From Podarcis vaucheri (taxonomy: Eukaryota), in the NCBI GenBank assembly GCA_965113315.1, contig OZ220364.1: a stretch of 64,000 nt of DNA; one strand, given 5' to 3'. The notes beneath the pieces are model-generated. The model was not told the DNA's origin. It did not search any database and worked only from the letters and a program-made list of their open reading frames with translations. Shown here piece after piece: positions 48,381 to 61,281 of the stretch (position 1 is its first letter; each line of letters starts with the position of its first letter). A program made the translations under genes and the position numbers.

Positions 48381-50896
48381 TCAAGAACTCGGGCAGAATT
48401 TGATGGGCAACATTTAGTGCTGTTGCCCCACGTCCTCCTGTTAACTTGGAGGGGACGGCGGATAGAAGGGCCATCTAATACGTTTGTAAACCACTTTGAT
48501 GTATTTTCTTACAATCTAGCGGTATATAATCTGTATGTAATAAAGCAAACAAAAATAAATTTCTCCAGGAGCTCAGGGAAACTACAAGAGTTTCGTATTT
48601 TGCGGGGGGCGGGGAGGAGATGTTTAAATATGGTACATTTTGCTCTCTTTCCCAATTTAAATTCTTTATTTGGCTGTTGATATTGTTTTTAGACATAAAG
48701 CGCTTTCTTTCAGACATAAGAAGAGGGAACAAGACGAAAACAATAACCAACTCACAACATGAAGCAATCAAGTCTGTAACTTGAAAGTAACGAGCAGTCC
48801 TTATATGCACAACTTAAACTGGAATCGTTGGATTTAAGCAGATACACAGTCCGATGTACAGTCCAGCTAAGCTAAAAAAAAGGGACCTCAGTCGATATTA
48901 GTGGAAACTGAAGACAAAATGGCGTCGCTATCTCAATATCTAGGCTTAAAGGGGTTGCGAAATCAACTGCTGTACCGCCTGAACGCATTGTACTGACTTC
49001 ATCGCAACTTCATCCCATATAAGTATATTTAGGCTTATTGGCTTGCTCTTAATTCATCAAGTTTAGGTTGGGTCTGCAATCAATTGCTTTTGGGTTTTAT
49101 CAATAGTAGATTCAGTTGCTTAGGTTAAGGGGGTCCAAAAGCATATTATTTGAAAATCAATGGGTCTTGCCTGTAAAAAAGGGGGGGCCGGGGTACGATC
49201 TACTCTAGCTAAACACAGCATAGTTAAATCCCGTGAACTGGCATATTCCTAAAGAGAATCATTTTCAATTGGAATAAAACGGAACTTTTTGATCAATGCA
49301 TTTAAGATGGAGTCGTGGGCTTGTGGGAAGAGGGAGAGGTAATGGAACTTCAGTAAGCAGCAATTCAGATACCCTTCCTATTACCCCATAGCGAGACCCT
49401 GCTATAAGAACTCTTTGTCCATGTCCAGGGGTCATAACTGACTAAACTGGACCAGACGAGACTGAATTCCATATGAGGAGAGTCATGGTTTTCTATCTTA
49501 ATCGGACTTGACTTGAACAGAGCGATATCTTTAGATCTCCCAAACTCAGGAGGGGTTCCTGCCCATATATATTTCCAGATTTTTTATTATCATTGTCAAA
49601 CCCCAAATCCCAGCTGAGGTTAGGAAACTTGAACCGACCTATTTTTCACCTTCTACCTGGGTTTAAAAAACAACCGCCAAAGGACCCAACCCGGGTGAAT
49701 ATTTATAGTTTCTATATTTAAGACGGGAAGGGCGTGTCCAGTGCATTTCTCTTCGAAACCAGAAAGAGAAGGGGTTGTCTTAAGAGTACTTCTACACCAC
49801 GTACCAAGAACACGAAGAAGGCGGAAGCGGGGTGAGGGCTGGGGAAGATCTCAGAAATTTAAGAGTTCACAACAGATTGGATGAGCTGATTGCAGGGCCT
49901 ATTTGATTTCGGTGGAGGGGAAATGAGAATCCACCCAGTCTTCTCTTGGCCATCTTTACTGGTTGTGAGTGTGGTGGACCTCCATAAAATATGGTAGACA
50001 ATCCATACGCTGTTGAATATATGCGATAATTTTATAAGGTTCTGATCATTAGAGGGCATCGAAGAGTCTGCTGTGCGTAGGCGGAAGGGGTCATATGTTC
50101 TTGGGCCTAATTTACAGAAAGTTAAGCGCCTAATGCCATCATTCTGTGAATACTTCCTTGGAAATGCATTACATTGATATTGGTCAGGCTTTCCTGCTTG
50201 TAGTAAACAGAATTAGGACTTGGATGCAACAAGTCCCGTAAGATTCACATACCCCATTTAACTTACTCTGAACGGTCTTCACATAACAAAGGTTTGGGAT
50301 ATTAGGTACCTAATTAACCTGTCGTGCGCCCCCCCTTCTTTTTATTAACCCCTCCTTTGCACTGCAGACAATGGATCACAACCCGGCAGCGTTGGGGGAG
50401 CTTGATCCACATAGAGTTTTAAGGGAATTGAAAAGTGAGCACAGCAGTACAGCACACAGGATCGTGGGCAGGAAGGGATTCTGTAGGACACGCAACATAT
50501 TCAAAAAGCATCTTAGGATATCTTTAAAAGGTACTCGAATAGGTACTCCTACCTATCTGCCCGCACTTGCTGTCAGCGACGGAACACTCTCAGGAGCGGT
50601 TGTACGGGACATCGGTGACTCCATAGGCACTCAATGTACGTAAAACCAACATTGGCTTAGGCTACATCGCTTTCAAAGCGTTTGCCGCTGACAATTTTAC
50701 GATGTAATTAATTGGAACAAATATTAAGGAGGGTAGGTCTTGCCTAAGGAAACAAAACTAGTAACTACTGAGAGTGGATTTAAGAGATATTTGGATTTCC
50801 AAGGAGCATTTTTGATCTTGTACTTCCCTCCTCACTTATTTAATATGCAAGGTTTAGCGCTGAGAGCAGATGCACTTTTGGAAATCAGGACCTTTC

Positions 50897-51080
50897 CAGT
50901 TCGACCCTACAGATATTTACTCAGGAATAAATCTCATCGGGTACCACGGGATTTATTCGCAAGTAAGAATATAAGAAGATTGGAGCCCTGCTCTGCTGAG
51001 CACTCTGCTTGCGATCCTCTACACCCTAAACAGGGAGCAAATCTCACTGAGCTCAGTGGGAATTACTGCCGAGTAGACCG
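50897..51080. mobile_element. Two adjacent degenerate family A copies
   Basis: tttactcaggaataaatctcat...gatttattcgcaagtaag, then gggagcaaatctcactgagctcagtgggaattactgccgagtagac. Confidence 0.6.
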
Positions 51081-51989
51081 CCTGCCTCTTATTCAAAAAC
51101 CAGTCCCAGCGTCCTAAACAGGACGTGCTCCTGAATGAGGACGCACAGGGCTACAACAGCTCTCAGGAGACGGTAGTTGAACTCGTTGAGGCAAAGGAGA
51201 CCTTTTCAAAATACTGTAGAGCTTTCTGTGGCAGGGCAAGGTCGGGTGGTTTACTGGTCCTTCAGCAAAGTAATTTCCCATAAAGATATGAAGTCAAATG
51301 CCAGATTCGCTTGCTACAGCACCTCTCAATGAGGTGCGCTGCTCCATCTTCTGCGTGTGGCTCCCTTTCCTATCTCATGTCCCAGCGATTCAGTCCGCTA
51401 TTTGAAACAACCATGGAAAGTCTTCTAAGCGCATCTCACAACGTATTCAATACCTCCTGTGAAAAAATGTTAAAATATCCACGTTAGTTTCTCCCCCCCC
51501 CCATTTCCCTACAAATGTTCTCATCGCATCACCTTTATCTCAATAGATTTCAGTCGGCTGTACATGGGAGAAGCAGGTTGGGATCCGTATGTGATCTACT
51601 TATAAGTCACTCATCTAAACGTGTGGGGTTTTTTTAAACTAAAAAAGCAAGCCAAAAAAAACAACAAACCTGGGTTGAAAAACCAACCCAGTTTTCACTG
51701 CAAGCCTTCTCGACGCATGCTTCCCTCCTGGAGTAGTCCTATTGACAACAATGGAATTACTCTTGAGGAAGCAATGTGAGAATCTGGGTTCTCTCTTTTT
51801 TTTTTCTTTCTGGAAAAAGCCGGATTGGATTGTGGATCAGTCTGCGTAAATCTGAACCTTTCTTAAAAAATTGAGGGGTGGCGGTGATATCAACTCCCCA
51901 CTTCTCCTAGTATCAAAAAAAATAAGGTCAGCTAGCCATATGAGTTTTCCGAGGCAGAAAAAAAGGGGAGGGGGGAAGAAAGAGAGAGA

Positions 51990-51995
51990 TTTATT
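51990..51995 (-). terminator. Candidate HOXC13 polyadenylation signal AATAAA
   Basis: About 1.17 kb after the stop codon, followed by pyrimidine/U-rich sequence on the minus strand. Confidence 0.45.
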
Positions 51996-52307
51996 TTTAA
52001 GAAATGTATTCTGCATTCAGTACATATCATTCGGACACCACATTATATACATATACAAGACATTTTTTTTCTTTAAAAAAAATGGATCGCTTTAACATGG
52101 AGAAAGAACACTGACTGCTCTTTAGTGACTGATAATAGGGTGAGGGGGGACAACAACAGAGCAACGTCGCGCACTTTCCATACTGTCGATGGAGAATAAA
52201 CATTCCAGGCTTTTTGGCGGAAACAAACAAACAAACAACAACAACAACTCAACCTCAGTGAGAACATATTCCAGAAAATTAAAGGTAATAATAATAATAA
52301 TTAGAGA

Positions 52308-52420
52308 CACGATCCTCCAGAATTAAGACTTGGAAATCCCATTTATACCCAAACTTGATTCCCTGCCCCCGCTATGAAAATCAAGCCGATCTGGAAGTGG
52401 CTATATTCGGTTGGATCGTG
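52308..52420. mobile_element. Family B palindromic element within the putative HOXC13 3' UTR
   Basis: Termini CACGATCC / GGATCGTG, the same as at 22323-22423. Confidence 0.55.
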
Positions 52421-53161
52421 CCCTAGGAATTACACAGCCACGGTGCCACTTCAAATTCAGAAGTGACTTCAAATTGTTGGCGTGCAATACGGTCTAATAT
52501 CAGGAAGACAGCAACAACAAAACATTCAGGGTAGTAGCCTTATTATTATTTTTCATTCATTTTTTTAAGGTCCACGTTTAAAAACAAACAAACAAAAGAA
52601 ATCTAGGATTTCTTCGCTGGATCCGCTGTCAATACCTTCTTCACAGATATATATATATCTATTTCTATATATATATATATTTATCTATTTAATTTTAATT
52701 ATTATTATTTTTACATCATCAGAGACAGAAACAGCCAAAGAAATGGAAAATCTTTGCAAGGGGAGATGCTTGGACTATGATACAGAGCTACAAAATAACA
52801 TTCAGGATTCCAACGTAGCAAATCTACATATTTGTATGTGTGGGTTCTCCCCTCCTCTCTTTCTCCACCCCCCTCTTTGCTAAATGTGCACATCGAAAAC
52901 CGTATCAAAATGAATGTTTAAAAAGGGCGACCGGATTCACAGTTCGAGACGGCAATGCAGGGACAAAATAAACCGAAGATGGCGGTTTAATGCCCGCCCC
53001 CTCCGCCTTGGTGTTTTTAAATAATCAGATTATTCAAAGAGTTCGAATGCGTGTTCTTATTTATACAAATTTACCAGATAAATATTTGTATTTGTTTGTT
53101 TGTTTCTCTCCCCCTTTCTTTTTAAATTTTATCTTTTTCCCCCTCCGGAGAGATTTCTTTG

Positions 53162-53418
53162 TCAGGTAGCGTGAAGGTGAGGTGTCTTAGATTTGCTAAC
53201 GACTTTTTTCTCTTTCACCCTGCGATTCTGAAACCAGATAGTGACCTGGCGCTCGGAAAGATTAGTGGTCGCCGAAATCCTTCTTCGCTTCTCTTTGGTA
53301 ATGAACTTGCTGGCGGCGTATTCCTTTTCTAATTCTTTCAGCTGGATTTTCGTGTAGGGGACTCTTTTCTTTCGACCCCTACGGTAGCTGCTCACTTCGG
53401 GCTGGAGAGGTACCACAT
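53162..53418 (-). CDS. HOXC13: Hox-C13 exon 2 (homeodomain)
   Basis: (D)[84 protein letters not shown]; acceptor tttacAG|AT. Confidence 0.97.
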
Positions 53419-53476
53419 CTGTAAAGATGAGGAGAACAGGAAAGGGGAAAAAGCAGGAGAGAGAGAACGTGGAAGG

Positions 53477-53490
53477 AGAGAGAGAGAGAG

Positions 53491-53528
<38 letters not shown>
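53477..53528. repeat. (GA)n microsatellite, read as a (CT)n tract just upstream of the HOXC13 exon 2 acceptor
   Basis: Read directly from the sequence. Confidence 0.95.
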
Positions 53529-53531
<3 letters not shown>

Positions 53532-56197
53532 GTATGTTACATTAAACAGCATCTGGTAAACTAACTGGACAATGTCTGTGCCAGACATTATGGAGAGAAC
53601 AGAGAGAAAAATAAGGAAAAGGAGTTTGTATGCGTGTGGGGAAAAGGATATAAATTAGAGGAAGAGGGGGAAATGTGAAGAGGAAAGACCGAGGGAAAGA
53701 AAGAGCGGGGGGTGCTGGGACTCGGATGGGCTGGCTGGCTGGCTGGCTGAGCAAAGTATTAATATATTAGCATAGGGCGGGGGGGGACTGCTACTATTCC
53801 AGGCGATATTTGTCCAGGACAGATATAAAGAAGGAGACCAAGTCACGGACCAGGCATTTCGCAAGCACAGCACCGTTAACGTTAGCTCCAAAATTAGTAA
53901 AAATTGGAGACAGAATCTAACCTTCAGCTCTTCACTCCCCTTCTAAGCATCCGGTCAATTTTAACCTGTCGTTTTAAAAGACAGATCCTCTGATAGCCTA
54001 GGCGACCTCATTAATTATGCTAGCTTGTAGGATCCGGGTAGGGGACTTGGTGAGGGGAAGCAGCCGTGTGTGTGTGAGTGCGCGCGTCTGTGTTGTTCCA
54101 GAGACGCTCTGCACTGATTGATCTATGCAACACAAGGACCATCTGCAAGCTTGAGGGACCTTGAACTAGCCTTTCCACATCCTTTGTCGCTTATGGTAGA
54201 GGCATTAAATAAAATAAAAGGGCCCAGCGGCTTTTTTGACGGTACCCAAGCTGTGGAGAAATGTTACCTACCTACTCCTGGTCCAGAACCGGCTGGGGAA
54301 TCAATGAATTCTCATCACCCCTAATGCAGTCAGTCGTCTCCTTAATAGCCCCTTATGCTAAGGCTGTCTATGCCAATTCTTCATGATTAACTCTAATCAC
54401 TTGCGCACCAAGTCTTTCCCTTTCCATGGCTTCTTGATCTGAAGATGCAGGCTTAAGACTCGATACGAAGTAAGAGTGGTTTGCGGGATAATAATATAAA
54501 CACTGAAAAAAGAGGGGATCTCTATCGAAGCAAAGCGAAAATCTCTCCAGTTACCCCAGCCGGTCTGTTCCATAACAGATATAAAATAAAGAAACAGCCT
54601 GAACTGCTTTTGAAGACACACTTCTCCGTGCGATTGCTCTTCCTTTGTTGCTAAGAAGTGTCTATATAAGCAACATTTACTGGGAATCCTATTAAGGCCC
54701 AAGGATAGGAAAGCAAGACACAATTGTGGTTCACACTACTACGAGCGCGCTGTCTCTCACACACCTCTCTATGTTTAGGAATTGGTGTAGGGGGCTTAAT
54801 AATATTATCAGGGCTATACAAAAATGGGATCAGAATAAATAAGGAAATGGGGCGGGTTGAGGGGGGGGGGAGAGAAGAGAAGTTCATTTACAACGTCTTC
54901 CACCTTCCTCCCGAGCAATAGTAACTCACGGAGCAGGTCCTTTCAACCTCAACTACATTTTCGCCAGGCGGGTGAAAGCAAACGAAATGGGGATAGTCAT
55001 CTCATGCTAGGAATCCCATGGACCTCTCTCCCCCACTTGCCGAATCCTCCCTTCAGCTTCCGCAAAGAAGTCTCAATGCCTTCTTTTTTAAAAAAAGAAA
55101 GAAAGAAAAAGCGCGGGGTGGGGACTTTCCCTCTGCCATCGACCCTTCCAATTTCTGACACCAAAATGTGGCTGCAACATAGTTAAGATCTAGATAGGCC
55201 TTCTCTCCCACACTCGCTACACTCTGATTCTCTTCCCATGGAAAGGGAAAACCCATCATGCAACGCTCTGCGCAGGCATTGTTGGCAAGCCCTGTCTTAT
55301 CCGATGGGGTATCCCCTCTCCAGTATTCCTAAGATAAATGTGTGTGTGTGTTCTCCTCCTAACCCCACCCCCTTATTTATTTATTTCCCCGGTTACTTTA
55401 TCTTAATCTCTTCGCTCCAATCCATCCATTCGAATCATTAAGAGGGGCCTGCTTATTGATTACAAGGTGGGGACCCCAAGAGCAAAGGAGACGTCCGTTG
55501 GTCTTTCATCTTTCTCCCTCTCCCTCTCCCTCTCCCTCTCCCTCTCGCTCCCTCCCTCCCTGTTCTAAGTGGTAAGGCAATAAGATAAGCCCGGAGCACT
55601 CCCAGCTTTCAGGGTTACTCGCAGGCTGTCACTCATTCCCGATTTCTAACCAGAGGCAAAAGCAGCGCCTTATTTCTCGTTCTCTCCCCACTCGTCTTAC
55701 AAGGTTCATTTGTAAGATTCATGTCACTTGACAGCTACTTCTGTAATTGCAATATGATTTACTGTACCTTTCCGAAAAGCCCAGCCTTTCTTAGTAAAGA
55801 GAAAGAGAGGGGGAAAGAGGGAGAGAGATGCTACCTCTTCCTATGTTCTGAAATTTAATTTAAAATATTCAAAGCGCGCGCGGGGGGGGGGAATCAAAGA
55901 AAAAGATAGAGATCCAGGTAAGGGAGCCAACGCAGCGAGGGAAGGAGGGGCACGCACGCACATACACAGACAGACACAGGAGTGCAGCTGCCAAACTGGC
56001 TGCGAAAGCACCCTGGAGCTCCAAGGTATGTATGTATCTGGATATGAGAACCGGCTGCTTTGTTTCACCTTCTTCCCCATACGTGCCCATGCAAGCGTCC
56101 CAAAGCCTATTTTACCTGGGCGGTTAAAGATTATAGCATATGCACGCGATCATGCCGGAGCAAAAAAGCGCAGAAGTCGATCTCAAGAGCACCCTAC

Positions 56198-56861
56198 CTG
56201 GGAAAGGTGATTTCCAGAGATGGGTAGACTGTGATTGCTCCTTCGAGCAATAGACCTGCCCGTCCCAACCATTAGAAAGAGCCCAGTGTTGGTATCCTTC
56301 CATGGGAAGCAGCGCGTCGTGTCTTGGTTCTGGGTGGCCACTGATACCTGGAACCACTGATACGTCCAAATAACCAGGAACCGCCTGGTAGGAGCTGGCA
56401 AAGCTCGGGTAAAAAGCAAACTCTTTGGCCCTTGAGGATAGTTCTTCGCTGGGGAGGGAGCCGCTGGGCTCGGGGTATTTTTCAGCTGGGTGGTACGAAC
56501 AAGGCTTCTGTTGTAAGTTCACGTTGTGGGAATGGGACAATCGGCATCCGTAGTAGCTGCCTCCAAAAGGATAGCCATAGCCCAAGGTGGCGTTGGAGGA
56601 GGCTGGTGGCGCGGGGCACTGCCTGGCGGCATCTGGAGCAGGTATATCCGTGTAGACAGAACCCTGGTGAGTCCCAATGGTGCTGGAATGACGACCCAAT
56701 ACCGGGTGACTGATTAAATCCCTGCAGTGGGTAGCTGGGCAGTTCCCACTTAGCCCTTCCATTGCTGGGATTTTATTCTGGTTATTTTCATTCGGGTTCT
56801 CCTCATACACGTACATGAAGGTATCCGCCCAGCGTGGATGCAAGATCAGTGAAGTCGTCAT
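56198..56861 (-). CDS. HOXC13: Hox-C13 exon 1
   Basis: MTTSLILHPRWADTFMYVYE...LGYGYPFGGSYYGCRLSH...EELSSRAKEFAFYPSF...YQHWALSNGWDGQVYCSKEQSQSTHLWKSPFP; donor G|GTAGGG. The exon is 664 nt (phase 1) and the spliced CDS is 921 nt, 306 aa. Confidence 0.97.
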
Positions 56862-56929
56862 ATCATGGTCTGCCCGAGCTTTTTAAAACTCGACTTCCCA
56901 AAGAGAGACACCTAATTTCCCCAACATAT

Positions 56930-57170
56930 TGTTTACGCAGGAGCATGCGCAGAGGCAGCGGGATGGGTTCGGTTCATTAAGAAATCCGCCGGGCCACGTG
57001 ACCTGTAAATAGCTCTCGCTGCAGTTAGGTCGGCCATGTGACCCTCCGGCAGCCCTATCACATTGTTCCTCTTGGCTTGGGGAAGAGAGCGGCGAGCTCC
57101 CATTGGCTATCTCTCCGCGACAGAAACAGAAATCCTTAAAGGCAAAGGGAGACACCCATTGATTGTAAAG
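56930..57170 (-). promoter_or_regulatory. HOXC13 proximal promoter
   Basis: CpG-rich, with GGTCACGTGG on the minus strand (CACGTG at 56995-57000) and ATTGG at ~57102. Confidence 0.55.
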
Positions 57171-60100
57171 AGCGTGGGGAAATAAATAAGGGGAATGTGG
57201 GTGTTTAAAATTTGGCCGACACAAAGAGATTGGGATATGCCATGCTAGAATCTTTGTGCCTTCAGATATCCTCAGGATTAAATATCAAACTAATGATGGA
57301 ATAATATACCTCAGAAAATCAATTATTTATATATTTTTTAAATGCCCTATCGCTATATAGCATTGACCAGGAGTCTGGTCAATGAACCACAGAGGGGAAG
57401 GGTAGCTGGGAGGCTGAAAGGTGAAGAAAACCTAGAAATTGTAATACCAAGGGATATGATATAAAGCGAGGTGGCAGGTAGCAGCCAGTTCATCTGATAA
57501 AGAAAAAATAGTGACAATCTGAAGAGGCGCACCAAAAATGAGAGAAGCTCAAATTCTAGAAGACCAAATGACGGACTAGAGCAAGTGAGCTGGAGCTGTG
57601 GGGGCTGGGGGCATTTCTTCTTTTTTAATTCTTAAAATCCGCTTGCTGTCTGTCTGGCTTTCTTCTCCGTCCTCCCCCCTCCCTGCATCTTCTCTTTCTG
57701 GGAATCAAGTATTGGATCTTACGGGAAGTAAGGAATCTGGACATTTATCGCCCAGGAAATTGATTTTCTCTCAGTCTGTTTCAGTCTCAAGAGTGAATGG
57801 GGAGATTAATATCTGTTTGCTAAATAAATAAATAAATAAATCAGCGGATACATTTGCTCAAAAGAATTGTGTGTATGTTTTTCTTCCAAAGTACAGTATC
57901 TTATTTTTCACAGAAGAAGGTATGTGAAATTTTAACCCCTTGTTTGCTTAACAAAAGATCAACACATACCTGCTCTTTATAATCGCTTTAGCTTTTATTC
58001 TAATTATTAAAAATACAATTTCCCACAGAAGGGACATATATGACATCTTTAACTCCTCCTTTGTTTCTTGGGGGGGTATTTCTCTATTTCTTTTTTGTTG
58101 ATGATCAGTATTCTGCTGCTTTTGGGGCATAAAAGAGGAAGAAAGAAAACCGTCCGCCACCTCGCAAGAATATAATAGATGCCTCCAAAACGTTTCGACG
58201 TTTTATGGGGTCTGTTCCTTGTATGAGTCCAACCCAATAATGCTTAATCTTTCGTGCTCAACCAACTGGGGATGTTTTAAAGGGACTAGTTGTGATTATG
58301 ATATTATGTTATTAATTTTTAATACTTGAGTAGTAAATATCGCAGCAACAATGCCTACTATTGAAAGTGTGTGTGAGATATATATATAATGTTCTCAATG
58401 TTGATTTGTGTGCGTGTGTGTGAAAGAAAATAAATGCAACTCACATCATACAACGCAAACAGGATCGGAGATGGATGGGTTATAATTAAACAGATGAAAT
58501 AGAAGAATAGCGGACTACTCTGCCATAAATTGATGGCTGCGATACACACACACACACACAACTTTCTCGGGGACTCATATCCCCAACCTTCAGAATCCTC
58601 TTACTGGCCGTTCCTGATTAGATTCTGATATATGCGTTTGAAATAATGTGAAATTTAACTGGAGAACATCAGGAGCAGAGGCTCCTTCCACCTCCCTCCC
58701 TACCCCCACATTACAAAATATAAGTTTGACAAATCAGTGCATCCAGACATGAGGATGATAATGTACTAATGAAGCAAAAGCAAAGAATTAATAGTTCAGA
58801 CTTCCGTCCTGCACACAGCTTACAGGCCAGTGCTGTGCGTGCTTTCGCGGAAAAAGAAAAGTCTTACCGAGTTCAATACTTTCAAGCAATATGTACTTTC
58901 AAAGAAGGGTCGGTAAGCTTCAGTTCAAGTGAAGTCAATGAAATCCCATTGCAGCCCAAGCCTCAGTAGTGGTCAAGATAAGCCAAAAATCTTATGGAAC
59001 TCTCACCCAACTCCACCTACCCTAATTTGTTCTTTTCAGTTGAGAATGTCAATACAAACAACTCTATATGTGATTATAAAGGCAGGTGAAAGTCCGCTTG
59101 CTCTAAGTTTCGTTGGAAAGACATAAGAGTACCAAATGCATGTAGTATAATGTATGTGTTAAATAAATATTAATTCATTATTTAGAATAATCATCATCAT
59201 TTGCCCATTGTTTGGGAACATGCCTATCACGTTTGGAGTATGAATTTCCCCCAAATAAATACATTAAATATTTTTTTTAATCCTCAAATGGCAATGTCTC
59301 TCTTTGCAGCAGCATTTGCTGCCTCCAAGCTCCTTAGATCTCCCCGTCATCAAACTGCCATGGTCCAAGTGGAAACTAAGACAATTCCGCCAAAACCCCC
59401 AACAAAGAACCCTGTCTAGAAAATGGCTTTCAGAAATGAAGTCTTTAGCAAACGTTTGGTTTTCTCCTGGAAACGTTCTGCCTTCTCAAATGGACTCCAT
59501 GCTTTTGAAGCAACCGTTGCCCGAAGTCCTTCGGCCACAGCAACCAAATCAGTCCGAAGTCCAAGGTCAAGGCAAAAGAGACAAACTGGCTTGCAATTAG
59601 TGTCTAGACAGAAAAGAATGAACTTCACATATAGTGCCTATGTGGCTGGGAAGTCCTCGAATCCAAAGGAACGGCCATTGCTAGAAACGGGGAGCTGGGA
59701 GAGAAGGGGGTCATTTTAAATAGTTGGAGGCAAAATAAGGTTAGGGAACCCTGGATGAAATCACATTTTAAAGCAGAGACAAGCAAGACGCTTCAAGTTT
59801 CTGGAGTTGGTTGCAAGAGTTGGTGTCCAGAGTGGTTCACATCCCAGTGACCGGTTCTTAGAAGATATACCTCATTAAAATATAGTGATATATATATATA
59901 TGTGGGGTATATGGGCAATTGACAGTATCAGCGCAGAAAGGGTGGGGATACATGCATGGAAAGCTGGATTTCTAATGTGGGTCATGGCGGTGGGGTGAGA
60001 GAGTGGCTCCGGTAACAAAGGACCCAGTTCCGTGCTTGCAGCAGAGAGGAAGACTCTTCCTACCGGAGGAGAGTGAGCGTTCTGAGGTTGCCTTACGGCA

Positions 60101-60894
60101 GAGGAGACACAATCTGGAAATGGACAGATTGATGGTAACCATAATAAGGGACACCAGTGGGTTGTGCTTGGTTTTGAATTCGTGCAGAACAAGTACCTCA
60201 TTTCTAGGATGCTTGCTTGCTTGCTTATTTATTTCTTTATTTATTTAGGTGTGCTTCCTGAGTAAGGAGGAGGAAAGTAGTAAATAAGCAAAAGACGTCC
60301 GGTATTTATTTATTTATTTATTTATTTACTTATTGAATGAATGCAAGGCCATTTACAATTCCTATTTCAATGACATATAGGTTTAATTAAAATTGGGGTT
60401 TTTACAATTCCATTTATTGTGGCACATTTGCGACAGGGAAAAGGGGAGAAACCGCAAAGACGAAAACTCGAGGAAATTTGCACATTTCATGCTCCGGGAA
60501 ATTAACACTGGCTTTAAAACTTCGGTGGAAATTGCAAAATAAATAAGGCCAGAGGAATGAATCCATCCAGCCTTTTGTAAGAAATGCAATGTGTGTGTTT
60601 TAAAGGAAGTGGGGGTGGGGGGTGGGTTTGCATTTCTTAAACAGCAGGTTTATCCCATGGCCTGGCGTCCCCTTCATTTATCTGCCTTGTCTTGAGCTGC
60701 TTTTCATTTCATAAATTGCTTAGCGGTATCTCATTTAAACGGGCTGATCTTGCTAAGATACGGAGCTGTGGATTGATAGCAGGAGTCAATTCTAGTGGGT
60801 TAATTAACTTAAAAATGCATAAGGAGGCTTCTATCTCCGGGGGAAGAACACCGAGCAGATCTGTTTACTACATTTGCCGTGATGCAGTATATTA

Positions 60895-61041
60895 NNNNNN
60901 NNNNNNNNNNNNNNNNNNNNNNNNNNNNNNNNNNNNNNNNNNNNNNNNNNNNNNNNNNNNNNNNNNNNNNNNNNNNNNNNNNNNNNNNNNNNNNNNNNNN
61001 NNNNNNNNNNNNNNNNNNNNNNNNNNNNNNNNNNNNNNNNN
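60895..61041. other. Assembly gap (N run)
   Basis: Run of N bases. Confidence 1.
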
Positions 61042-61189
61042 AATCAGGTATCTGTTGTTATTGCCGATAAGGGGTACATCTCCCAACCGCCTCCCCCGTG
61101 CATGTTGTGGACATATTGACATCCTGTTTCATAATCAGAACAGTCTATGAGAACAATGCGATAAAAATATAAGTGAGAACACTGAAGAA

Positions 61190-61281
61190 TTTTCGGTATG
61201 GAAGTCGACATATACTGTGAAGTAAGTCTCACTCGGATCAATAAAGCTTACTCCCAGGTAACGATGTATAAAATTGCAGTC
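61190..61281. mobile_element. Family A copy
   Basis: gaagtaagtctcactcggatcaataaagcttactcccaggtaacgatgtataaaattgcag. Confidence 0.7.
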
